DNA from: Opitutales bacterium
Lineage (GTDB): Bacteria > Verrucomicrobiota > Verrucomicrobiia > Opitutales > PNEW01
Assembly (NCBI GenBank): GCA_965219535.1
Contig: CBDCNV010000001.1
Coordinates: forward strand, 1,650,001-1,682,000
DNA length: 32,000 nucleotides
Direction: 5' to 3'
The translations under genes were made by a program, and so were the position numbers. The notes beneath the pieces are model-generated. The model was not told the DNA's origin. It saw only the letters and a list, made by a program, of their open reading frames with translations, and ran no database searches. Below, piece by piece: positions 17,040 through 25,450 of this stretch; position 1 is the stretch's first letter, and each line of letters begins with the position of its first letter.

Positions 17040-18737
17040 TTACCAACCCAGCATCGCATTGAGTCGAGCAAGCATTTTATTCCCAATCGCTTCAAAGGAA
17101 AATTTCACTCTAATTGATTGAGCCGCATTTATCGAAAGGCTTCGGTAGAAATCCTTATCCTCATATAATTTTTTCATAAGATGCGCGGCATGATCGGTAT
17201 CCGGGTCGGCCCATACCTGACCGGCTCGATAATGTCCGGCATCGTGCTCAAGTTTCACTAATTCATAGTCCACCGGACATCCATTATTCCCATTAATGAA
17301 TTCAGTGGGAGCCGACCAATTGGTGCTGACGACCGGTTTTTCGAGGTACATCGCTTCTGCCAACCCTAAGCCAAAGCCTTCTGAACGATGCAGGGACACC
17401 AAAACATCGCAATGCTTGATCAATTCATAGATCTGATTGCGTTCCAATGTAACATTTAAGAGCGATACATTTGGAATTGTTGATACGTGCTCTTTTAATT
17501 TATTATAATCCGGAAATTCATCTTTGGCGTTATGAACCTTAACGAGGAGGTGAGCAGAGTGATTATCAGAAAATGCCTTGAGAAACGAATCGATTGCGGC
17601 ATGGGGGTTTTTACGGTCCTGGTTGGAACCATAATCATACATACAGAGAAAAACGAATGCATTATTGGGTATATTAAATTCACTCTTCTCGGTATTACCT
17701 TCGCACTCGAATTGAACCGGATGCGGCATGGTAAGAACAGGAACGGGCGATTTAATCATAATCACATCACGCGCAAAATCAGACGGAGTCCATACTTCTT
17801 CGATGAAATCAAAATTCCTGATATATTCATCAGGAAATTCACTTAATTCCCATGCCCAATACCCAATATTAAGTTTATTCTCAAATATTTTTGAGCCATG
17901 TACGCGTGGAATATTATCCGTCGAACCGGGATCAATATGAAAGATGTTTACCGGATAAGAGTTATCTGTTGTTAACTGACCGGCTAAAATATTCTTATCG
18001 TAGGGAGAAGCGCAGTAAGTCCTTAATTCAATCAGTTTTGTTGCAATTCCTACATGTTGCGCAGCTTTTGCAGCCAGCCGTGCGCCCTCGGTGATCCCAT
18101 TCTGGTGTCTGAAGTGAGAGGCGATATTTACGCCAAGGGTTCTCTTCTCTTCGAGAAAGGTTGTAGCAGGTAAGAAAACTTTGGTCGCATTGAAATCAAT
18201 TAAACCGAAACCTCCTATCCCTATCTTGGATATTTTAAAGCGTCTTTTTCCTGTTTCATTAATATATTTATTGAGGAATTTACGTATTGTTTCAGGGAAG
18301 ATGAAATACAAATGGCTTCGACCGAGATTCGCGAAGAATGATCTTAATCTGAATTTATTTAATGAAATTTTTATACGATTCTCACCATTCTTTAGTATGC
18401 GTTCTGAATAATTAAGTTTAAAAGAAAATTTACCGTAGCAATCTAAGGTAAAGTTCTGCAGCCGTTTCCGATTTAAATGCACGGAAAAAGAAATTGGTTT
18501 AGCGATTTTATTGGCATTCACTTCTGGTGTAAGCCCATAAAAACCATCGATCGTAATATCCCCTCTCAAGCCCGGTGGAATAAAAACGAATGCCTTATTC
18601 TCCGGTATCCATCTCCCTTTGAACAAATCTCCAGTGTCGGTCTTAAAGCCCACATACACGGGAGCTTTAGGCTCAACTTTTCGAGTCGATATTTGTATTC
18701 GCTGGTAGTCTTCGAGGTATGATTTTTTCTGCGTCAT
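17040..18737 (-). CDS. Glycosyltransferase (GT4/GT1-type C-terminal domain) with an uncharacterised N-terminal domain of about 200 aa
   Basis: The C-terminal LHRSEGFGLGLAEAMYLEKPVV matches the EX7E region of GT4 enzymes. I do not recognise the N-terminal domain. Confidence 0.72.
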   Translation of the reverse strand: MTQKKSYLEDYQRIQISTRKVEPKAPVYVGFKTDTGDLFKGRWIPENKAFVFIPPGLRGDITIDGFYGLTPEVNANKIAKPISFSVHLNRKRLQNFTLDCYGKFSFKLNYSERILKNGENRIKISLNKFRLRSFFANLGRSHLYFIFPETIRKFLNKYINETGKRRFKISKIGIGGFGLIDFNATKVFLPATTFLEEKRTLGVNIASHFRHQNGITEGARLAAKAAQHVGIATKLIELRTYCASPYDKNILAGQLTTDNSYPVNIFHIDPGSTDNIPRVHGSKIFENKLNIGYWAWELSEFPDEYIRNFDFIEEVWTPSDFARDVIMIKSPVPVLTMPHPVQFECEGNTEKSEFNIPNNAFVFLCMYDYGSNQDRKNPHAAIDSFLKAFSDNHSAHLLVKVHNAKDEFPDYNKLKEHVSTIPNVSLLNVTLERNQIYELIKHCDVLVSLHRSEGFGLGLAEAMYLEKPVVSTNWSAPTEFINGNNGCPVDYELVKLEHDAGHYRAGQVWADPDTDHAAHLMKKLYEDKDFYRSLSINAAQSIRVKFSFEAIGNKMLARLNAMLGW

Positions 18738-18792
18738 CGGCGATGATATTAATCAACGCAACAATACTAGGAGCTTAGATTGTCAATTTCAA

Positions 18793-18804
18793 TTGTCATG
18801 ACAA
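18793..18804. promoter_or_regulatory. Perfect 12-bp palindrome TTGTCATGACAA with an extra upstream half-site; candidate operator
   Basis: It lies in the divergent promoter region between the glycosyltransferase (-) and ferredoxin-like (+) genes. ATTGTCA is also present at 18779-18785. Confidence 0.3.
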
Positions 18805-18914
18805 GTTCAGGCTAGCGATGTAAGATGATTGAATATTATGAGAGGGAGACAAATTATCATGCTTAATCTTAATTATTTACTTTTCGCATACCGATAATAT
18901 TTTATAAAGAAATT

Positions 18915-19271
18915 ATGAGTGAAAGGCTTAAAGATGTCGCGATTAGCTTTGGGGTCGATAAAAATAAACGCCACATTTTTTTATGTTGCGATCAAACAAA
19001 GCCCAAATGTTGTGATAAAGATGTTGGATTGAAATCCTGGGATTTCTTAAAGGCTCGGCTCACCGAACTCAAACTTGACTTCAATGGAGGCATCTACCGC
19101 ACTAAAACCAACTGCTTGCGGATATGTGAGGGTGGACCGATCGCAGTAGTCTATCCTGAAGGAACGTGGTATCACTCCTGCACGCCGGAGGTGCTGGAAC
19201 GTATTATTCAGGAACATCTGATTGGCGGTAATCCAGTGACAGACTTTATGTTTATTAATAAACCTCTTTAA
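18915..19271 (+). CDS. Thioredoxin-like [2Fe-2S] ferredoxin-domain protein
   Basis: [14 protein letters not shown] ... [21 protein letters not shown]. The Cys pattern and the GP..VYP..WY motif fit the TRX-like ferredoxin family. Confidence 0.68.
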   Translation: MSERLKDVAISFGVDKNKRHIFLCCDQTKPKCCDKDVGLKSWDFLKARLTELKLDFNGGIYRTKTNCLRICEGGPIAVVYPEGTWYHSCTPEVLERIIQEHLIGGNPVTDFMFINKPL

Positions 19272-19380
19272 AGTGATCTGTTCTATTAAATTATTTAAAA
19301 TTTAGAATTCTTCAGATATGTAGATGATCAAATAATCTTGGTGCCAAAAAACAACGAATAAATTAAATAGGGACTAATTC

Positions 19381-19860
19381 ATGTCAGACACAATTGCAGT
19401 AATTGAAACAAACGAAGGGACGGTCGAAATAAAATTAATGCCTGATATCGCTCCGAAGGCCTGTGAAAATTTTATCGGACATATTAATAATGGATATTAT
19501 GACGGCGTCATATTCCACCGAGTGATCAAAGATTTTATGGTCCAGGGGGGAGATCCCACGGGAACGGGCAGGGGCGGCAAGTCGATTTGGGGAGAATTTT
19601 TTGAAGATGAAGGAAGCGCGGATATTAAATTTGATCGCAAGGGATTACTCGCGATGGCAAATGCGGGCCCCAATTCCAATGGAAGCCAGTTTTTTATCAC
19701 TACTGCCGCAACTCCCTGGCTGCATATGAAGCACACGATTTTCGGGGAAGTAGTTTCCGGATATGATGTGGTTGAAATTATTGAACAGTCAGAGGCTGAT
19801 GGCAATGACCGCCCGGAAGAAGATAAGAAAATAGTGAAAGCATCGATTAAGGAAATTTAA
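19381..19860 (+). CDS. ppiB: Peptidyl-prolyl cis-trans isomerase, cyclophilin type
   Basis: FHRVIKDFMVQGGDPTGTG, LAMANAGPNSNGSQFFI and HTIFGEV. Confidence 0.92.
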   Translation: MSDTIAVIETNEGTVEIKLMPDIAPKACENFIGHINNGYYDGVIFHRVIKDFMVQGGDPTGTGRGGKSIWGEFFEDEGSADIKFDRKGLLAMANAGPNSNGSQFFITTAATPWLHMKHTIFGEVVSGYDVVEIIEQSEADGNDRPEEDKKIVKASIKEI

Positions 19861-19883
19861 AAAAATATTCCTTTCGTATTCCG

Positions 19884-20723
19884 GTGGCTCCTCAACAACT
19901 CACTTTTAGCTTCAATAATATCCATCACCGCGTCTGGCACTGGCCTTCCATGGACCCCCAGGGTGGGGTGGTCGTTGCGCTTCATGGATTTTCAGGTAGT
20001 GGCCAGGACTTTGAAGTCACTGCTGAAGGTAGAATTGAGAAGTTTGCCTGGTATGCTCCTGATATTATCGGTCATGGTGAATCCGATGCGCCAAGTGAAT
20101 TAAGTGAATACAGGATTGAAGCGCTGATAAATTCTTTAGAGGGGATGCTGGATCATTATAGAATTATTAAACCGGTTATAATAGGATACTCGATGGGTGG
20201 GAGGCTAGCCTTGCAATACGCGATAGCGAGGCCTGAATCTGTAAGCGCCCTTGTTCTAATCGGAGCAACTGCGGGAATCAAAGACAAAGATGAAAGGGAA
20301 CGTCGTCGCAAAGCTGATAATGAGCTGGCAGATGAAATAATTAATTATGGGATTGAAGCCTTTGCGGATAAATGGGAATACAAACCTGTAATTGCAACCC
20401 AGGATTTAATCCCAGGGCCAAATCGAAACGCAATAAAGAGACGGCGCCGTTTAAATCGCCCAATCGGGTTGGCAAATAGTCTACGTGGGTTTGGCACGGG
20501 TGTGATGAATCCGGTATGGGATAAATTAAAGATGATTAATTGTCGTCAACTGCTGGTCACTGGTGATTCAGATATTAAATTTGCTCAACTAGCCGGACAG
20601 ATACAAAAGGAATCGAGTTGTGTTCAACATGTGACAATCCCATGTGCTGGTCATGCCGCGCACCTTGAATCACCGGAATTATTTACCGAAGCGTTAGGGT
20701 CTTTCTTAAACGCAATGGCTTAG
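19884..20723 (+). CDS. Alpha/beta-fold hydrolase, MenH (SHCHC synthase)-like
   Basis: HGFSGSG oxyanion region, the nucleophile elbow GYSMGG and a C-terminal GHAAHLE. It resembles MenH, but no other men genes lie nearby. GTG start. Confidence 0.6.
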   Translation: MAPQQLTFSFNNIHHRVWHWPSMDPQGGVVVALHGFSGSGQDFEVTAEGRIEKFAWYAPDIIGHGESDAPSELSEYRIEALINSLEGMLDHYRIIKPVIIGYSMGGRLALQYAIARPESVSALVLIGATAGIKDKDERERRRKADNELADEIINYGIEAFADKWEYKPVIATQDLIPGPNRNAIKRRRRLNRPIGLANSLRGFGTGVMNPVWDKLKMINCRQLLVTGDSDIKFAQLAGQIQKESSCVQHVTIPCAGHAAHLESPELFTEALGSFLNAMA

Positions 20724-20733
20724 CTTTCGCTAA

Positions 20734-22449
20734 TTAATTGTCTGTTGAGACCAACGGCAGCCAAAGCTTCATTGTCGTCCCGGAGCTGGAATTAGTTATC
20801 AATTCTATATCTCCATGGTGGCTTTGCAATATTCGCTTAACAATAGAAAGGCCCAAGCCTGAACCTTCACTGCGCCCGCTGAGAAAAGATTCAAATATAT
20901 TTTCTTGCAATTCGAGAGGAATCCCGGCACCCGTATCGGTTATTTCTACCACCGCGACAGCAAGGCCTTCATGGTTTTCGAGGTAGGAATCAATTTTGAT
21001 ATCGCCGCCCTCCGGCATAGCTTCGGTCGCGTTGATAATAAGATTTAAAAGAACCTGTTGGAGTTGGCCTTTATTGCCTTCGATGATGAGTGGATTTCCA
21101 CCTCTGTTAAAACTAAGATTAATTTTATTTTGATGAAGCTTAAGGCGAAGCAAATGGAGGGTATCCTGGATGATCTCTCCTACGTTGATCTTTGAATGCA
21201 GTCCATGATTGGATTTTGAAAAACCCAGGACACGCGCAACAATTTCATCCAGTTGAGAAAGTTTTTCACTGATGATAGCAGTATCTTTATGGCGAACATC
21301 TTCAGGATCATAGTTAAGATCTAGTGATTCAAATAGAAGCTTAATCACGGTGAGGGGGTTACGTATCTCATGAGCTATTTCTGCGGCCAGAAGCCCGAGG
21401 GTGGTAAGACGTTCATTTTTACGTAATAGTTCTTCGCTGCTGAAAATACGGGAATAAAGGCGAGAATTCTGGATGGCTACAGCACTTAGACTGGCGTGGG
21501 TGCTGAACGTTTTCTTTTCATCATCATTAAAACGGTGTGGCCGATCGGTATAGGCATTGAGAACACCAATAACTTCATTTTCATAAATTATCGGTGAAGA
21601 AAGCATCGAGATAAGACCTTCTTTTTGGGCAAGGGGGATAAAGTGGTACTCTTCAGTTCTACTGAGGTCAACTACCTCTACCTGTTTTTTATGGGTAATT
21701 GCCGTTCCGATTGCACTGTCTTCAAGATTAAAACTTTCTTCGTATTCGGGATTAGTCGAAACCCCTGCCATGGAACAAAGCGTGAGAATTTTGCTGTTTT
21801 TGCTCAACATGAAAAGAGCACAGACTTTGCAATTCATTATATTCAGAGCTTCATTCGTAATATTATCGAGAAGATCCCCGAGTTCCAGCTTGGAGACCAG
21901 TTTTTGCCCCATGGATATGAGCGATTCAAGCTGACTCGCTTTACGCGTCAGTTGCTTAATCAGCCAGAGTTTACTCACCACACGCGTGGCATCATCGGTA
22001 AGCAAAGTGAGTAATTTTAAATCATCTTCATTAAAAGCATTGAGTGTTTCGCTATCAACATTTACGACACCAATTACACTCCCTTGTTCTATCATCGGAA
22101 CCGCCATTTCAGAGCGAATAGTGTCTTTAACTTGAACGTAACGTGCATCTTTACTTACATCTCTGACGAGGAGTGGAGTACCGTGGAATGCCACCCAACC
22201 CGTGACTCCCTGACCGAGTTGCAACTGCAGTTCTTGTGAGAATGAGGGCAGCCCGCGATAAACTTCAATTTCCAGGCTATTGTTATCCGGGTTAATAAGG
22301 GCTATGGATGCACTGGTCGCCCCGAGAACCTCAACGACTTCGTCCATAATTAATTCAAGCGCTTCCTGCGGGTCGTCCGTTTTACTGACGAGGCTGCTGA
22401 TGCGGTAAAGAGAGTCAATGGCAGCAAAACCTTCTTCAACTTTTTTCAT
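20734..22449 (-). CDS. Cytoplasmic sensor histidine kinase with tandem GAF domains
   Basis: There is no TM segment. Two GAF-like regions are followed by HisKA (EIAHEIRNPLTVI) and the HATPase N, G1 and G2 boxes (NLIINATEAM, DTGAGIP, GSGLGLS). Confidence 0.85.
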   Translation of the reverse strand: MKKVEEGFAAIDSLYRISSLVSKTDDPQEALELIMDEVVEVLGATSASIALINPDNNSLEIEVYRGLPSFSQELQLQLGQGVTGWVAFHGTPLLVRDVSKDARYVQVKDTIRSEMAVPMIEQGSVIGVVNVDSETLNAFNEDDLKLLTLLTDDATRVVSKLWLIKQLTRKASQLESLISMGQKLVSKLELGDLLDNITNEALNIMNCKVCALFMLSKNSKILTLCSMAGVSTNPEYEESFNLEDSAIGTAITHKKQVEVVDLSRTEEYHFIPLAQKEGLISMLSSPIIYENEVIGVLNAYTDRPHRFNDDEKKTFSTHASLSAVAIQNSRLYSRIFSSEELLRKNERLTTLGLLAAEIAHEIRNPLTVIKLLFESLDLNYDPEDVRHKDTAIISEKLSQLDEIVARVLGFSKSNHGLHSKINVGEIIQDTLHLLRLKLHQNKINLSFNRGGNPLIIEGNKGQLQQVLLNLIINATEAMPEGGDIKIDSYLENHEGLAVAVVEITDTGAGIPLELQENIFESFLSGRSEGSGLGLSIVKRILQSHHGDIELITNSSSGTTMKLWLPLVSTDN

Positions 22450-22517
22450 AACAAGCTATGCTTTATACACTATTTATTAGCTTCTCAGAAATAGGAGAGC
22501 TTATATATCACTAAGCA

Positions 22518-25313
22518 TCAAGTCTGCACTTTTTCGGTATCGTGTGATACGATATTATTGAGAGCTTCTCTCAGAGCCAACAAATGAGCAGTGTCTTCGG
22601 GTTGGGGTTGGTTAGCATATTCAATATAAAAAGTATCCACGGCGACGCCGCGTTCTGTCGAAATACGGGCGAAAGTTATATCAAACCCATGTTCAAATAT
22701 TGCTTTTGAAATACGGTAAAGGAGACCTATTTGATCGTTGGTATGAACTTCGATAATCGTTCTTTGGAGCGAACTTTCATGGTAAACATCGACATTCGGC
22801 GGTAGTTGGACCTGTAGTTGCCTCTCATTATTGAGGAGCGGGGACTTCGTATGTTTTTTGCTCTGGTTGCGAATATCAGGCATCAAATTCTTATTATGGA
22901 GGAGAGCCTCTTCGAGGAATTTATGGAACTTTGATTTAGCTTTCTTATTTTGCACAACACCTCCATCAAACTCACAGACATAGAAAGTATCGATTAAAAT
23001 ATGATCGTTGCGGGAAATCGCTTTGCTGCTTAAAATATTCAAGCCCGCGACACTGAAAGCTCCAGCCAATTTATAAAAAAGTCCAGCGCGATCCCAGGTT
23101 ACGATATGGACAACAGTCATACTCAAATCAACATCATCATGCCATTCGATGACAGGAATGAGGGTTTGTGCAGAATCTGCTTCCGAAATATGTTTCAGAA
23201 GATTGTTGATCATTCTGAGATGAAGGGCGATATCCTGCTTACTGTTATATTTAAAGTATTGCTCTGGCAGGAGATCATAGTGGGCTGTAATCTCTTCGTC
23301 GGAGATATCCGTAATAAGTTCTCTTATTGAATCCTTTGCGGTAATTGTTTTATTTAAATCAATACCCGGTCTGTCGGCAGGGGTGCCACCGAGAAGATCA
23401 ATAGTGTTTTCAAGGAGCGCGGTATGCAGCATGTCTTTGTAGCTGTTCCACAAGTTGAACGAAGTCCCACGTGCATCACAGTAGGTATGCACATAAAGAT
23501 AGCGGAGCCGATTGAGATCCCCTATTTTTTCCGCAAAAGCCAGTGCCGTTTGGGGATCTTCAATATCAAAATGTCGTGAATACCGTCCCATTTCCAAATG
23601 ATTTATAATAATAAATAGAATCAGATCTTTGTGTTCAGAACTAATTCCCAGGCGGTCAAGAATATCCGCGGCCATTTCGGCGCTGCGGTTAGCGTGACCT
23701 GGTATACCACTGCTTTTTCCTATGTCATGAAGGAGGAGGATAAGATAGAGGAGACCGGGGGTATCTGTTTCATGAAGTTGGTGGTTATATTTTTCCACAA
23801 TTTTCGATTCATTTTTGAATACCTGGTCGAGCTCACTGATCGTATTGAGGGTGTGGATATCAGCCGTATAACGGTGATAATATTCGTGTTGTACAAGGCA
23901 GGTAAGACCCGAGAATTCAGGCATAAAACGTTCTAATACTCCCAGTTCGTGCATTTTACTTAAGGCGGGAAATACATCGCCTAAACTTTGAAGGATAGAT
24001 CTGAAACTGCGATTAGCAGAGGGAGAATTAATAACTTTTTTCGTTATTAAATGTATGGATTCGCGGATAAGGTTCTCGAGGTCAAAATCCAGTGTAGCGT
24101 GAAATTGCTGACCGTGGCGAAAAATTCTGATTAACCGCTCTGCATCTTCCTCAAAGACCGTTTCTTTTTCATAGGAGATGGTCTTGCCGCTAAGGATAAA
24201 TCCATCGATCTGTTTTTTTTGTGAGTACTGGTGGGCCTCGAGCAATGATTTGAAACTTACTTTGTAATTTTGTGTTAAAGTGAGGCGCTTCTCTAATGTT
24301 TTCGAGATAAGGTAGATATTGCGGGCATGGCTGTAGTAATCTCTCATTAAAGCCTCCACGCGTTTAAAAATATCGCGTTGTTTATAACCGAGATGCAACG
24401 CGACGAGGGGCTGTTTTTCCAAATCTAATAGATCGGTGCATCTATTGCTCTGAAAATGCAATTCATTTCGAACGCGGAGTAAAAAGTCATAGGCCGCAGT
24501 AAATTTCTGATATTCATTTTTATGTAAGTAATCTTGTGCACTCAGTTCTTCGATACTTTTTACATCTAATTTTGTACATGCCATCCAGAGAATGTTTTGA
24601 TAATCGCGCAGACCCCCAACTCCATTTTTTATATCCGGTTCCTGCATGAAAACTGTGTTACCATAACGATTGCGACGTTCTTTCTGTTCCTCAAGACGCG
24701 TTTGGATATAAGCCTGGGGTGAATTTTTGCGGCAATAATTTCTATATGACTGGGTAAACTTGCTAAAGAGTTTATCCTCACCAATTATCAGCCTGGCCTC
24801 CAACTGGGAATTCTTGGTTTCTATATTTAATTTAGCTTCTTTTATAGTATCTTTAATCGTCCGTGTAGAGTGCCCCACCTTCAGACTGAGGTCCCACAAG
24901 ATATAGAGGACCATGTCCGTTACTGCTTTCAGGAACTGTGAGAGTTTCTGCGAGCGTACCCGATCGGGGTAAAGGAACATGATATCGACGTCACTATAAG
25001 GGCACAATTCAGCGCGACCATAACCACCGAGCGCTAAAACCGCGATCGGGCAAGGGGGATCACCATGTTCTGCGATATAAGAGGCCAAGGCTTGATTGAA
25101 TAAATTTTCGATTAAGACATCGATTACAATTGAACGTGACTGCGCGACGCGTAATCCACCATCCCCTTTGCGATGGTTGCGCAGTAACATCTTTTCTTCC
25201 AGGCGCAAATACGATTTGTAGTGATCGAGTAAGTCGTCCCGGGTCAGGTTATCGGGATGCTTTAGTTTTTGGCTGGCATGCAGCCTGATTCGTCTTAATA
25301 AGGGGTCTTCCAT
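22518..25313 (-). CDS. glnD: Bifunctional [protein-PII] uridylyltransferase/uridylyl-removing enzyme
   Basis: A 931-aa protein with a nucleotidyltransferase motif (GGYGRAELCPYSDVD), an HD domain (HDIGK) and two C-terminal ACT-like domains. Confidence 0.88.
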   Translation of the reverse strand: MEDPLLRRIRLHASQKLKHPDNLTRDDLLDHYKSYLRLEEKMLLRNHRKGDGGLRVAQSRSIVIDVLIENLFNQALASYIAEHGDPPCPIAVLALGGYGRAELCPYSDVDIMFLYPDRVRSQKLSQFLKAVTDMVLYILWDLSLKVGHSTRTIKDTIKEAKLNIETKNSQLEARLIIGEDKLFSKFTQSYRNYCRKNSPQAYIQTRLEEQKERRNRYGNTVFMQEPDIKNGVGGLRDYQNILWMACTKLDVKSIEELSAQDYLHKNEYQKFTAAYDFLLRVRNELHFQSNRCTDLLDLEKQPLVALHLGYKQRDIFKRVEALMRDYYSHARNIYLISKTLEKRLTLTQNYKVSFKSLLEAHQYSQKKQIDGFILSGKTISYEKETVFEEDAERLIRIFRHGQQFHATLDFDLENLIRESIHLITKKVINSPSANRSFRSILQSLGDVFPALSKMHELGVLERFMPEFSGLTCLVQHEYYHRYTADIHTLNTISELDQVFKNESKIVEKYNHQLHETDTPGLLYLILLLHDIGKSSGIPGHANRSAEMAADILDRLGISSEHKDLILFIIINHLEMGRYSRHFDIEDPQTALAFAEKIGDLNRLRYLYVHTYCDARGTSFNLWNSYKDMLHTALLENTIDLLGGTPADRPGIDLNKTITAKDSIRELITDISDEEITAHYDLLPEQYFKYNSKQDIALHLRMINNLLKHISEADSAQTLIPVIEWHDDVDLSMTVVHIVTWDRAGLFYKLAGAFSVAGLNILSSKAISRNDHILIDTFYVCEFDGGVVQNKKAKSKFHKFLEEALLHNKNLMPDIRNQSKKHTKSPLLNNERQLQVQLPPNVDVYHESSLQRTIIEVHTNDQIGLLYRISKAIFEHGFDITFARISTERGVAVDTFYIEYANQPQPEDTAHLLALREALNNIVSHDTEKVQT

Positions 25314-25450
25314 GGATAATTATCATCTAGGGGAAAAATCGCTCCCTAACAATCAATTATTAAAGTTAAATAGGGTATTATAAATTGGCATCCTATCTAA
25401 GATTCCTCTTATTTAACGATTAGAACCTATCCTTTTAAAATATAACTCTC

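Noticed and set aside
25314-25450. T-box or other leader element upstream of valS
   Set aside because: The spacer is only 137 bp and is shared with the divergent glnD gene. No specifier or T-box-like sequence is visible.
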